Made by a program: the position numbers and the translations under genes. A model generated the notes under the pieces. That model was not told where the DNA came from and made no database searches. It saw only the letters and a list, made by a program, of their open reading frames with translations. This document shows, piece by piece, positions 35,783 through 44,813 of a DNA stretch of 64,000 bases (position 1 is its first letter; each line of letters begins with the position of its first letter). This stretch comes from an uncultured Brevinematales bacterium (GTDB lineage: Bacteria; Spirochaetota; Brevinematia; Brevinematales; JAOACQ01), in NCBI GenBank assembly GCA_964533855.1, contig CAZHNM010000007.1, positions 22,552 to 86,551 of the forward strand, read 5' to 3'.

Positions 35783-37129
35783 ATGATAGATATCCTTGAA
35801 GGGCGCAAAAATCAGGTGATTGAAAAGGGCAGCTGTGAAGAAGGCGTTATCGAATGCGGCAAGGCAAGCCTTGCCGGTTCCGTAAGCCAGCGCGCATGCG
35901 TATTCTGCGGGTCGAGGGTTGTACTTTACCCCATAGCCGACGCCCTGCACCTGATCCATGGCCCCATAGGATGCGCGGCTTATACCTGGGATATCAGGGG
36001 ATCTCTGTCAAGCGGCCCGGAACTCCACAGGATGAGCTTTTCAACAGACCTCAGGGAAAACGACGTGATATTCGGGGGCGCGAAAAAACTATACAACGCG
36101 CTTACAGAGCTGATTGAAGAGTACAATCCGAAGGCGGCTTTCGTTTATTCCACATGCATAGTCGGGCTCATTGGAGACGATGTGGACGCGGTATGCAGGA
36201 AAGTCGGTGCAGAAGCGGGCATACCCGTAATTCCAGTACAGTCCGAAGGCTTCAGGGGGACAAAAAAAGACGGTTATAAAGCGGCATGCGATGCACTGTC
36301 CGTCCTGGTCGGCACCGACAACGAAACCCCGGTTTCCTGCGAGAGTATAAATATCCTGGGCGACTTCAATATTGCGGGCGAAACATGGATCATCAAGAAC
36401 TATTACGAAAGAATGGGAGTTGAAGTAGTATCATGCATAACAGGTGACGGGAGGGTGGATGAGATCCGCAAGGCCCACAGGGCCGCCCTGAATGTAGTCC
36501 AGTGCTCGGGCTCGATGACGGCCCTCGCTAAAAGCATGGAAATAGAATACGGGATTCCTTTTATCAGGGTTTCATATTTCGGACTTGAAGACATGGCCAG
36601 TGCCCTTTACGATGTGGCAGGGCATTTCAAAAATCCGGATATCACTAAGAGAACAGAGGAATTAGTGAGCCTTGAGGCCGGGAAGATCATTCCCGAGATC
36701 GAAAGGTACAGGAAAGCGCTTGCCGGGAAAAGGGCGGCAATTTATGTCGGAGGCTCTTTCAAGGCCTTTTCACTTGTCAAGGCCCTCAGACACCTTGGAA
36801 TGGTTACCGCAATAGTCGGCTCCCAGACAGGAAACCCCGAAGATTATAAATTCCTCAAGGAAATTTGCGATGACGGGACATTGATTGTTGACGATACCAA
36901 CCCCCTGGAACTGTCCGCTTTCATGGCGGAAAAAAACGTAGACCTCCTTATAGGCGGCGTAAAGGAGAGGCCTATCGCTTATAAAATGGGAGTTGCATTC
37001 TGTGACCACAACCATGAAAGGAAGGAACCCCTTGCAGGATTTTCAGGGATGCTTAATTTCTGCCGCGAGGTATACGCATCCGTGATGAGCCCGGTATGGA
37101 AATTCACTCCGGGAAGGAAAAGGTTATGA
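35783..37129 (+). CDS. nifE: nitrogenase FeMo-cofactor biosynthesis scaffold NifE
   Basis: 448 aa NifD-like (HGPIGCAAY, STCIVGLIGDD), located directly after nifK. Confidence 0.9.
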   Translation: MIDILEGRKNQVIEKGSCEEGVIECGKASLAGSVSQRACVFCGSRVVLYPIADALHLIHGPIGCAAYTWDIRGSLSSGPELHRMSFSTDLRENDVIFGGAKKLYNALTELIEEYNPKAAFVYSTCIVGLIGDDVDAVCRKVGAEAGIPVIPVQSEGFRGTKKDGYKAACDALSVLVGTDNETPVSCESINILGDFNIAGETWIIKNYYERMGVEVVSCITGDGRVDEIRKAHRAALNVVQCSGSMTALAKSMEIEYGIPFIRVSYFGLEDMASALYDVAGHFKNPDITKRTEELVSLEAGKIIPEIERYRKALAGKRAAIYVGGSFKAFSLVKALRHLGMVTAIVGSQTGNPEDYKFLKEICDDGTLIVDDTNPLELSAFMAEKNVDLLIGGVKERPIAYKMGVAFCDHNHERKEPLAGFSGMLNFCREVYASVMSPVWKFTPGRKRL

Positions 37130-38451
37130 ATAAAAATTTCACGGCTGCGAGGAACGCATGCAAACTCTGTTCACCATTGGGTGCAAGCATAGTTTTCAGA
37201 GGAATAAAAGGATGCGTACCTCTCGTGCACGGATCGCAGGGCTGCTCTACTTACATACGCAGGTATGTCATAAGCCATTTCAGGGAACCGATAGACATAG
37301 CCTCGTCGAATTTCAGCGAAACAAGCGCTATTTTCGGAGGAGCTCAAAATCTCAAAACTGCCATACAAAATGTAAGCAGGCAGTACAGTCCGGAGGTTAT
37401 CGGTGTTGCGTCGACCTGCCTGTCGGAAACTATCGGTGACGACGTTACAAGGATAGTCAGGGAAATAAGTGCAGACTCGTCCGGGAACGGAGGTCCGGCA
37501 ATAATTCCAGTATCGACTCCCAGCTACAAAGGAACCCATATGGACGGTTTCCATGCGGCTGTGAAAGCGGCGGTGGAAACACTTGTTATTAAGGGCCGCT
37601 GTGCCCCGGGACCGGGAAAATCTAAAGGCGGGAAAAAGAGGGTCAATATCCTGCCGGGATTCGTTTCCCCCGCCGACTTAAGAACATTGAGGGAAATCAC
37701 CGGGGATTTCGGGCTCGATTGCACGATCCTGCCCGATTATTCCGAAACCCTGGACGGAGAGTCATGGGCAACATACCAGAAGATCCCTTCAGGCGGTACA
37801 AGCCTGGACGAGATCAGGGCAATGGGCAAATCCGACCTCACCATAGAGTTCGGTGAAAGCCTTAAAGGCAAGGACACAGCCGCCGGTTACCTTTTAAATC
37901 ATTGCGGCGTAGAATTTAGAAACATTCCCCTTCCCATAGGGATCGAGGGAACTGACGTTTTTTTCAATATTTTATCGGAATTATCCGGCATGTCCGTGCC
38001 GGGAAAATATACCGCCCAGCGAGGCCGTCTTGTAGATTCCTATGCCGACGGGCACAAGACCGTTTTTGAAAAGAGGGTCATCCTCTGCGGGGATGAGGAT
38101 CTTACTCTCGGCATAGAAGGATTTGTAAAGGAAATAGGCTTATTGCCATTAATCAGCGCGACCGGCGCCCTGTCGGAGGAAATGACGGGTGATATGGATT
38201 ACGTCTCAATACTCGATTATGTTAAAGACGGTCCGGCAGACCTCGTCATCGGACCGAGCAAGGCATATTTCATATCGCGTAAGCTCGGCATACCCCTTGT
38301 CAGGACAGGTTTTCCCGTGCATGACAGGATCGGAGGACAGCGCATAAGGCACCTGGGGTACGGCGGAACCCAGGAATTATTCGACCGCATCGTAAACGCC
38401 CTTTTAGAGGCGAAACAGGAAAACTCGCCGGTCGGTTACAGTTACCTCTAA
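37126..38451 (+). CDS. nifN: nitrogenase FeMo-cofactor biosynthesis scaffold NifN
   Basis: NifK-like (HGSQGCSTY, STCLSETIGDD). ATG 37126 forms an ATGA overlap with the nifE stop; the track start at 37096 is less likely. Confidence 0.85.
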   Translation: MNKNFTAARNACKLCSPLGASIVFRGIKGCVPLVHGSQGCSTYIRRYVISHFREPIDIASSNFSETSAIFGGAQNLKTAIQNVSRQYSPEVIGVASTCLSETIGDDVTRIVREISADSSGNGGPAIIPVSTPSYKGTHMDGFHAAVKAAVETLVIKGRCAPGPGKSKGGKKRVNILPGFVSPADLRTLREITGDFGLDCTILPDYSETLDGESWATYQKIPSGGTSLDEIRAMGKSDLTIEFGESLKGKDTAAGYLLNHCGVEFRNIPLPIGIEGTDVFFNILSELSGMSVPGKYTAQRGRLVDSYADGHKTVFEKRVILCGDEDLTLGIEGFVKEIGLLPLISATGALSEEMTGDMDYVSILDYVKDGPADLVIGPSKAYFISRKLGIPLVRTGFPVHDRIGGQRIRHLGYGGTQELFDRIVNALLEAKQENSPVGYSYL

Positions 38452-38465
38452 AACCGACTGGCATG

Positions 38466-38533
38466 CCCTTCGGGCACAAGTACCCTTCGGGCACAAGTAC
38501 CCTTCGGGCACAAGTACCCTAGCGGGCACAGGC
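38466..38533 (+). repeat. 17-nt tandem repeat (3 perfect units + 1 degenerate) in the nifN-nifB spacer (class B element)
   Basis: CCCTTCGGGCACAAGTA at 38466, 38483 and 38500, then CCCTAGCGGGCACAGGC. The array is preceded by ACCGACTGGCATG, the same lead-in as after nifK. Confidence 0.9.
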
Positions 38534-38547
38534 AAAAGGAGAATTTT

Positions 38548-39816
38548 ATGGACATACATAATCACCCATGTTTTAATGACAGCGCAAGGAAAAACTTCGG
38601 GAGGATCCATCTTCCCGTGGCTCCCGGATGCAATATACAATGCAATTTCTGCGACAGGAAGTTCGACTGCCTGAACGAGACTCGACCCGGAGTCACCAGT
38701 GCGGTACTATCTCCTGCCCAGGCAGCCGGGTACCTGGATAAGGTTATGGAAAAATTGAAGAATATCTCTGTGGTCGGCATCGCAGGTCCGGGAGATCCGT
38801 TCGCCAACGCGGAAAAAACTCTGGAAACCCTCAGCCTTATCCGCGGAAAATACCCTGATATGCTTCTCTGCACCGCTACAAACGGACTCGAGCTGGGCAA
38901 ATATGCAGGAGATCTTGCAGAAATAGGTCTCTCCCATATTACCGTAACTCTTAACGCAGTCGACCCCGAGATCGGAGAAAAGATATACGCATGGGTTAAG
39001 CTCGATAAGCGTATTTACAGGGGAAGAGAAGCTGCGCAGGCCCTTCTTGAAAAACAGGAAGAAGGCATACGAAAAGTCCACGAGAAGGGGATAACGGTCA
39101 AGATCAATACCGTTATCATCCCGGGTTTTAATGATAAACATGTTCGCGTTATTGCTGAAAAGGCGCGGGAGTTCGGAGCCGACGTTATGAACTGCATGCC
39201 GATGTATCACGTCGCAGGGACGCCCTTCGAAGCGATAGATTCTCCAGGGCATGAACTTATGGCGGAGCTCAGGAAGGAAGCAGAAAAATTTATTCCCCAG
39301 ATGGAGCACTGCATGAGATGCCGCGCCGATGCAGCCGGGCTGATAGGCGGGAAGGAATCGTCCGATGTAATGAATTTATTAAAAAATGCCTCCTATAATA
39401 ATCATCATACTACTCCTCAAAGGCCCTACATCGCGGCATCTAGCCGCGAGGGCCTTTTTGTTAACAGCCACCTTGGCGAAGCCGAGAGCTTCTGGATATA
39501 CGGCTGCAAAGACGGAGTGATCGAGCTAAAGGAGAGACGATCTGCGCCTGTTCCAGGATCGGGTATCGACAGGTGGCTAGAACTAGGCATGCTGCTCAAA
39601 GACTGCAGCGCAATACTAGCAAGCGGAATAGGAAGCACCCCTAAAACAGTTCTCGAGGGAATGGGAATAAAGGTAATCGTTATGGAAGGGCTGGTCCGCG
39701 ACGGGCTTACCCCCCTTTTCAACAAACAGGATATCCCGAAGGCGCTTTTAATTAACCCAGGCGGAGGAAAATGCGGCATCGGCAGCTGCGGCGGCACCGG
39801 CGGGGGATGCGGATAA
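38548..39816 (+). CDS. nifB: FeMo-cofactor biosynthesis radical SAM protein NifB (NifB-NifX fusion type)
   Basis: 422 aa. Radical SAM CNIQCNFC; C-terminal NifX/NifY-like domain (YIAASSREGLFVNSHLGEAESFWIY); Gly/Cys-rich tail. Confidence 0.9.
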   Translation: MDIHNHPCFNDSARKNFGRIHLPVAPGCNIQCNFCDRKFDCLNETRPGVTSAVLSPAQAAGYLDKVMEKLKNISVVGIAGPGDPFANAEKTLETLSLIRGKYPDMLLCTATNGLELGKYAGDLAEIGLSHITVTLNAVDPEIGEKIYAWVKLDKRIYRGREAAQALLEKQEEGIRKVHEKGITVKINTVIIPGFNDKHVRVIAEKAREFGADVMNCMPMYHVAGTPFEAIDSPGHELMAELRKEAEKFIPQMEHCMRCRADAAGLIGGKESSDVMNLLKNASYNNHHTTPQRPYIAASSREGLFVNSHLGEAESFWIYGCKDGVIELKERRSAPVPGSGIDRWLELGMLLKDCSAILASGIGSTPKTVLEGMGIKVIVMEGLVRDGLTPLFNKQDIPKALLINPGGGKCGIGSCGGTGGGCG

Positions 39817-39847
39817 TTATTTGAATTTTTAATGAGGAGCAAATAAA

Positions 39848-40156
39848 ATGACTAAACCGGAGCATCATATTTTCGTATGCGGAAGTTTCCGCGTTTCTGG
39901 AGAACCCCAGGGCGTCTGCAATAAAAAGGGATCAATCGGTCTTATGCAGTATCTCGAATCGGAACTTTCAGACAGGGGTATGTCGAATGTGGCTGTTTCA
40001 GCCACCGGATGTTTAAAAGCCTGCGACAGGGGGCCCATAATGATCGTCTATCCTGAAAACCTGTGGTACGGCAAGATCGACAGCAATGAAGCCGTTGATG
40101 CGGTTCTTGACGCCATCGAGGAAAACAGGGCAGCCGATTCGCTGCTCCTTTCGTAG
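39848..40156 (+). CDS. thioredoxin-like [2Fe-2S] ferredoxin
   Basis: 102 aa. Cys ligand pattern HHIFVCGS..GVC..ATGCLKACDRGP and the IVYPENLWYG motif. Confidence 0.75.
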   Translation: MTKPEHHIFVCGSFRVSGEPQGVCNKKGSIGLMQYLESELSDRGMSNVAVSATGCLKACDRGPIMIVYPENLWYGKIDSNEAVDAVLDAIEENRAADSLLLS

Positions 40157-40181
40157 ACTTATAATACAGGAGGTATTGGAT

Positions 40182-40943
40182 ATGTTTAAAATATTCCCGG
40201 CAGTCCTAACATTAATATTTATTTTCGCAGGGGTTTTAAGCGCGAGCGGCAATAGTCTGACCGTTGTAGCCGCCGCTAATCTCTCTTTTGTGATCGCCGA
40301 GCTTAAAGAGGATTTCATAAATTTAAATCCCGGCTCCGAGATAACTGTGATAACCGGCTCGAGCGGCAATTTTACCGCTCAGATAATAGCCGGAGCCCCG
40401 TTCGATATCTTTCTTTCCGCCGACAGGGAATTCCCCGAAAAGGTCAGGAAGGCCGGTTTTGCGGCTAATGAACCGGTGGTTTACGCTTCGGGCAGATTGG
40501 CATTGTTCAGCGTTAAAAAATATGATCTTACAAACGGCCTTTCCTTCCTGAAAGGTAAAGACGTGCAGAGGATTGCGATCGCCAACCCGGCTGTCGCACC
40601 CTACGGAAGGGCGTCTATAGAATCCCTGAGCAATTCGGGACTCCTTGCCGATGTAAGCAATAAATTCGTATTCACTGAAAATATTCTCCAGGCGGCCCAG
40701 GTGACCCTGACAGCGGCCGATACCGGATTTATCGCACTGTCGCTTGTTTACGATCCCGCTATTAAAGATTATAATAAAGAGGGAATATACTGGATTGAAG
40801 TCGACCCCGGCCTCTATACGAAAATAGAGCAGAGCATGGTTATATTGAAGCATGGCTCCGGGAACCCTCTGGCAGAAAAATTCTTCAATTACATGCTTTC
40901 AGAAGGGGCTGTCCGGATATTGAAAAAATACGGGTACAGGTAA
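40182..40943 (+). CDS. modA: molybdate ABC transporter substrate-binding protein
   Basis: Signal peptide MFKIFPAVLTLIFIFAGVLSASG. ModA motifs (VVAAANL, GSSGNFTAQI, DIFLSAD, IANPAVAPYG). AGGAGG SD before ATG 40182; the track start at 40086 lies inside fdx. Confidence 0.85.
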   Translation: MFKIFPAVLTLIFIFAGVLSASGNSLTVVAAANLSFVIAELKEDFINLNPGSEITVITGSSGNFTAQIIAGAPFDIFLSADREFPEKVRKAGFAANEPVVYASGRLALFSVKKYDLTNGLSFLKGKDVQRIAIANPAVAPYGRASIESLSNSGLLADVSNKFVFTENILQAAQVTLTAADTGFIALSLVYDPAIKDYNKEGIYWIEVDPGLYTKIEQSMVILKHGSGNPLAEKFFNYMLSEGAVRILKKYGYR

Positions 40944-41357
40944 ATGGCTGTGGAAAAAAAGAATATCATAAACGGCTGGAGCGATTATTTCAGCGAAGGC
41001 TTGCGCTTTATGCAGATCGCCGAAAAGGCCTCCGGAAAAACCGGGATTTTCACGCCCGAGATCCTGTATAATATAATAGCGATGGGTATTGAAAAGCTGA
41101 TAATGGGTCTTCTAATGTACAGGGGCGTGCTTCCCGAAAATCATACCCTGCGCGACCTCCTCGCAGGCCTGGAAAAAGTTGCGGAAGTCCCTGACGATGT
41201 CGCCGGAAGGCTGGTCTCAATGGACGGTTTCCAGGAGATCTGCGTGATCGAATTTTATAAAAGGAAAATCCCGACAGAAGAAGATATAAAAGTATTCCTG
41301 GGCACCGGGACAATGGTTTCCAAACTTGTCAGGGAGAATCTGCCATGCACGGACTAG
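40944..41357 (+). CDS. hypothetical protein, HEPN-like (weak assignment), embedded in the mod operon
   Basis: 137 aa, helical. The PENHTLRDLL motif resembles the conserved (T)H-x-L-x-x-L of non-catalytic HEPN (PF05168-type) proteins. The ATG abuts the modA stop (TAA-ATG) and the 3' end overlaps modB by 13 nt. Confidence 0.45.
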   Translation: MAVEKKNIINGWSDYFSEGLRFMQIAEKASGKTGIFTPEILYNIIAMGIEKLIMGLLMYRGVLPENHTLRDLLAGLEKVAEVPDDVAGRLVSMDGFQEICVIEFYKRKIPTEEDIKVFLGTGTMVSKLVRENLPCTD

Positions 41358-42037
41358 ACCTGACCCCTTTCATCATCTCATTGAAACTTTCGCTTTCGAC
41401 AACCCTGATATTGTTTATATTGGTACTCCCCCTGGCATATATCCTTGCTTTCAGGAATTTTTACGGCAAAGGAACCGTCGAAGCTCTTGTCACGCTTCCT
41501 ATGGTGCTGCCGCCGACGGTCCTGGGCTTTTACCTCCTTGCCGCTTTTTCGACAAGATCGCCAGTAGGGAATTTTTTCCATGCGAATTTCAGCCTCGACC
41601 TCGTTTTTTCATTCCCGGGAATTCTTCTGGCTTCATGCATTCACAGCCTGCCTTACATGGTCCAGCCCCTGAAAAACGGTTTTCAAAATACAGATATGCC
41701 CCTGGTAGAAGCCTCGTATATCCTTGGAAAATCGCGTTTTACAACCCTCGTCCGCGTCATTCTCCCCAATATGAAACCGGCAATACTAAGTGCTTTTATT
41801 ATGACTTTCATCTATTCCCTCGGCGAATTCGGCGCTATTCTCATGATAGGGGGGGCAATACCCGGAGTGACCAAAGTCGCTTCCATCGCCCTTTACGAAA
41901 GCGCGGAGAATATGGATATGGCATCCGCGAACGCTTACGCCCTGATATTTATCGGGATAAGCTTCGTGTTCATTATCATCATGAACAGGATATCGAATTT
42001 ACAGGGTGGGAGGGGCGTTGCTCAGAATAAAAATTAA
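41345..42037 (+). CDS. modB: molybdate ABC transporter permease
   Basis: 230 aa, about 5 TM, EAA-type loop (PLVEASYILGKSRFTTLVRVILP). Confidence 0.9.
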   Translation: MHGLDLTPFIISLKLSLSTTLILFILVLPLAYILAFRNFYGKGTVEALVTLPMVLPPTVLGFYLLAAFSTRSPVGNFFHANFSLDLVFSFPGILLASCIHSLPYMVQPLKNGFQNTDMPLVEASYILGKSRFTTLVRVILPNMKPAILSAFIMTFIYSLGEFGAILMIGGAIPGVTKVASIALYESAENMDMASANAYALIFIGISFVFIIIMNRISNLQGGRGVAQNKN

Positions 42038-42881
42038 GAAAAACCTGATATCGTCCCGCGGCCCGATGGTCCTGGATGCCTGCCTGGAGATCGAAACCGG
42101 CTGCATAACCGTTCTGACAGGCCAATCCGGCAGCGGTAAGACGACGCTTCTCCGGATTTTATCGGGGCTTGCAAAACCGGAGGAAGGTTTTATCGCATCG
42201 GGGGATATAACCTGGCTCGACACGGAAAAAGGAGTCTGCGTAAGCCCTCAGAAAAGGAAGATCGGCTACGTTTCCCAGGATCTCGCCCTCTTTCCGAATA
42301 TGACTGTGCTGGGCAACATGCTCTATGCCGATCCCGATCGCAGGAAAGCTATGGAGCTTCTCGAAAGGGCGGAACTTTCAAAGCTTGCCCAGGCATATCC
42401 TCAGAATCTTTCAGGGGGGCAGAAACAGCGCTTGGCCATGGTCAGGGCAATATCCCGCGAGACTGACCTTCTCCTCCTCGACGAGCCCCTTTCAGCTTTG
42501 GACCATGCCTCGCGCCTGCGGCTGCAGGATGAAATCTTTTTTATCCATGAGAAGTTCGGAATTACTATAATCCTTGTCAGCCATGATCTGCAGGAAATCT
42601 ACCGTTTGGGGAAACGGGTCCTTTTCATGGAGTACGGAAGGGTTGTCAGGGACGGAAGCCCGGCCGAAGTATTCATCAATACGGCGACCTCTCATAAATT
42701 CTCTTTCGCCGGCGACATTCTCGAGATCAAGTCTGCGGATGTTTTTTTCATAGCAACCATCGGGATCGGTGGAAATATATGCCGGGTAATTTTGACAGCA
42801 AGGGAAGCAAATTCTTTTAAGGAAGGTGACAGGGTTCTGATAGCAAGCAAGGCTTTCGACCCTGTACTGATTAAGATCTGA
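42006..42881 (+). CDS. modC: molybdate ABC transporter ATP-binding protein
   Basis: Walker A GQSGSGKTT, LSGGQKQRLAMVRA, LLLDEP, C-terminal TOBE-like domain. Start uncertain (GTG 42006 or TTG 42018); both overlap the modB end. Confidence 0.8.
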   Translation: MGGALLRIKIKKNLISSRGPMVLDACLEIETGCITVLTGQSGSGKTTLLRILSGLAKPEEGFIASGDITWLDTEKGVCVSPQKRKIGYVSQDLALFPNMTVLGNMLYADPDRRKAMELLERAELSKLAQAYPQNLSGGQKQRLAMVRAISRETDLLLLDEPLSALDHASRLRLQDEIFFIHEKFGITIILVSHDLQEIYRLGKRVLFMEYGRVVRDGSPAEVFINTATSHKFSFAGDILEIKSADVFFIATIGIGGNICRVILTAREANSFKEGDRVLIASKAFDPVLIKI

Positions 42882-42894
42882 AATACGGGGGCAT

Positions 42895-43296
42895 ATGAAT
42901 ATTCTTAAAGGCAATATCTCCGGAATGCAGGAAAGCGGAAGCATACATTATCTGTCCGTAGACTGCGGCGGTGCTGTTGTAAAGGTTCTTACACTCGAGC
43001 TTGACGGGCGTTTTTCAGCCGGAAAGGCCGTCAATCTCCTCTTCAAGGAAAGCTGCGTCATAGTGCTTGGCAGAGAAACGAGCGTCAGCGTCGTTAACTG
43101 CCTCCCGTCGAGGATAGCTGCAATCAAAACCGGGGAAATATTATCGGAAATTCAGCTCGAGACGCCCATAGGAAACATTGAAGCTTTAATGATCTCGGAA
43201 CAGGTCATAAAAATGGGGCTGGAACCGGGATCGCCGGTTTTTTCGCTCATCAATGCAAGCGAGATAGGCCTTTCGTTGCAGGCGGTGCAGGAATGA
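42895..43296 (+). CDS. TOBE-domain (molybdate-binding, ModE C-terminal-like) protein without HTH
   Basis: 133 aa. MNILKGNISGMQESGSIHYLSVD.. and a second ..SRIAAIKTGEILSEIQLE.. TOBE-like half. Confidence 0.55.
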   Translation: MNILKGNISGMQESGSIHYLSVDCGGAVVKVLTLELDGRFSAGKAVNLLFKESCVIVLGRETSVSVVNCLPSRIAAIKTGEILSEIQLETPIGNIEALMISEQVIKMGLEPGSPVFSLINASEIGLSLQAVQE

Positions 43297-44813
43297 AAAG
43301 CCTCTATATCCTCGATACGACGCTAAGGGACGGGGAACAGGCTCCGGGAATAAATCTCAGTGCTGAAGACAAGCTCGCAATAGCCCTGCAGCTTGAAAAA
43401 CTCGGAGCAGACATAATTGAAACCGGTTTTCCGGCCACTTCTCCCGGGCAGTTCAAATCATGCCTGTCGGTCTGCGGTTCGGTAAAAAATTCGGCGGTAA
43501 GCGTTATGGCGAGGGCGGTCAAAAGCGATATTTTAAAAGCCCTTGAAGCCCTGAAACCCGCAGCTCTTCCGTTCATTCATATCACGATTCCAACTTCTCC
43601 CCTGCACAGGCGCTTCAAGCTCGGGAAAACCCGGGACCAGATAATCAGGATGGCGCAGCAGACGGTCCTGATAGGCAAAAGCACCGGAGCGGTTGTGGAA
43701 ATCGGCGCCGAGGACGCGACACGGACAGAGCCGGATTTCCTCCTGCAGTTCTTTAGAAGCGCAATAGACGCCGGGGCAACGGTGATCAATGTCCCTGACA
43801 CGGTCGGTATCATGACACCCGGAAAATACGGGGAGCTGATAGGCTATCTTGCCGCAAATATTCCGGAAGCCTCGGATGGGAGAGTGAGGATTTCAGCACA
43901 CTGCCATAACGACCTGGGGCTGGCCTCGGCGAACACTCTTGCTGCGATAGAATCGGGAGCATCCCAGGCAGAAGTTACCTTGCTTGGCATCGGGGAACGG
44001 GCCGGAAACGCGCCGCTTGAAGAAATTGCAGCAGCCCTTTTCAGCCTGGATGATTATTCTTCTATTTATTCAACCCGGCTCAATCCGGAAGAACTGATCG
44101 GAACCTGCCAGATGTTTTCCTCTTGCGCCGGACTTCCCATTCCTCCGGGAAAAGCGGTTGTCGGCTCGAATGCTTTCGCGCACAGCTCAGGAATCCATCA
44201 GAACGGATTTTTGAAAAATCCGCAAACTTATCAATGGATGTCCCCGGAGTCTTTCGGGAGGTTTGAAACCGAAATACCGCTCGACAGGAATTCCGGTTCT
44301 AGCGGATTAGCTTACAGGCTTGAAAAAGCTTCCGGAATTAAAGCCCCGGAGGCGCTTAAGGAGAAGATCAGGAAAGCCCTCCAGAGTCTTGATGGAAATC
44401 CCGGGACTATGACCGATACGGAACTTATCAGGCTGGCCGGGATAAGAAACAAAAAAGACAGGCTTCTTCTCGAATTGAAAAATATCAGGATCGAACAGAT
44501 TGATAAAGGGAATTTCCAGGCCGCTCTGAATATTCTGGAAAACGCCTCAAGGGACCTTTTTCCAATATTCTCCGGTAATAGCCCGCTTGAAGCATTGATC
44601 GGGGCATTAAAGCTTATTTTACCCCGCGGCCTTACACTTAATCACTATTCCTGCGGGTGTGCGGGAAGCACGGGTACATGCTTTTTTCAGGCCGAAGTTT
44701 CTCTCGTCATAAAAGGGCTTATCCTGACTGGAAGGGGTACCGGCGGTAACGATTACTTAAAAGCTATAGCGGAAGCTTTTATCGCAGCGGTAAACAGGTT
44801 CAATGTATTATGA
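43293..44813 (+). CDS. nifV: homocitrate synthase-like enzyme (NifV / 2-isopropylmalate synthase family, long form)
   Basis: 506 aa. LDTTLRDGEQAPG, HCHNDLGLA, HSSGIHQ motifs of the DRE-TIM HMGL-like family. nif/mod context suggests NifV, but the LeuA-like C-terminal extension leaves LeuA/CimA possible. Confidence 0.6.
   Translation: MKSLYILDTTLRDGEQAPGINLSAEDKLAIALQLEKLGADIIETGFPATSPGQFKSCLSVCGSVKNSAVSVMARAVKSDILKALEALKPAALPFIHITIPTSPLHRRFKLGKTRDQIIRMAQQTVLIGKSTGAVVEIGAEDATRTEPDFLLQFFRSAIDAGATVINVPDTVGIMTPGKYGELIGYLAANIPEASDGRVRISAHCHNDLGLASANTLAAIESGASQAEVTLLGIGERAGNAPLEEIAAALFSLDDYSSIYSTRLNPEELIGTCQMFSSCAGLPIPPGKAVVGSNAFAHSSGIHQNGFLKNPQTYQWMSPESFGRFETEIPLDRNSGSSGLAYRLEKASGIKAPEALKEKIRKALQSLDGNPGTMTDTELIRLAGIRNKKDRLLLELKNIRIEQIDKGNFQAALNILENASRDLFPIFSGNSPLEALIGALKLILPRGLTLNHYSCGCAGSTGTCFFQAEVSLVIKGLILTGRGTGGNDYLKAIAEAFIAAVNRFNVL

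Noticed and set aside
38466-38533. Tandem repeat as a possible CRISPR array
   Set aside because: The 17-nt units are directly adjacent with no spacers, there are only about 4 units, and no cas genes are present.
41326-42030. 234-aa ORF in another frame over modB
   Set aside because: It overlaps modB, whose product has clear permease motifs. Its translation is Arg/Pro-rich with no recognisable family.
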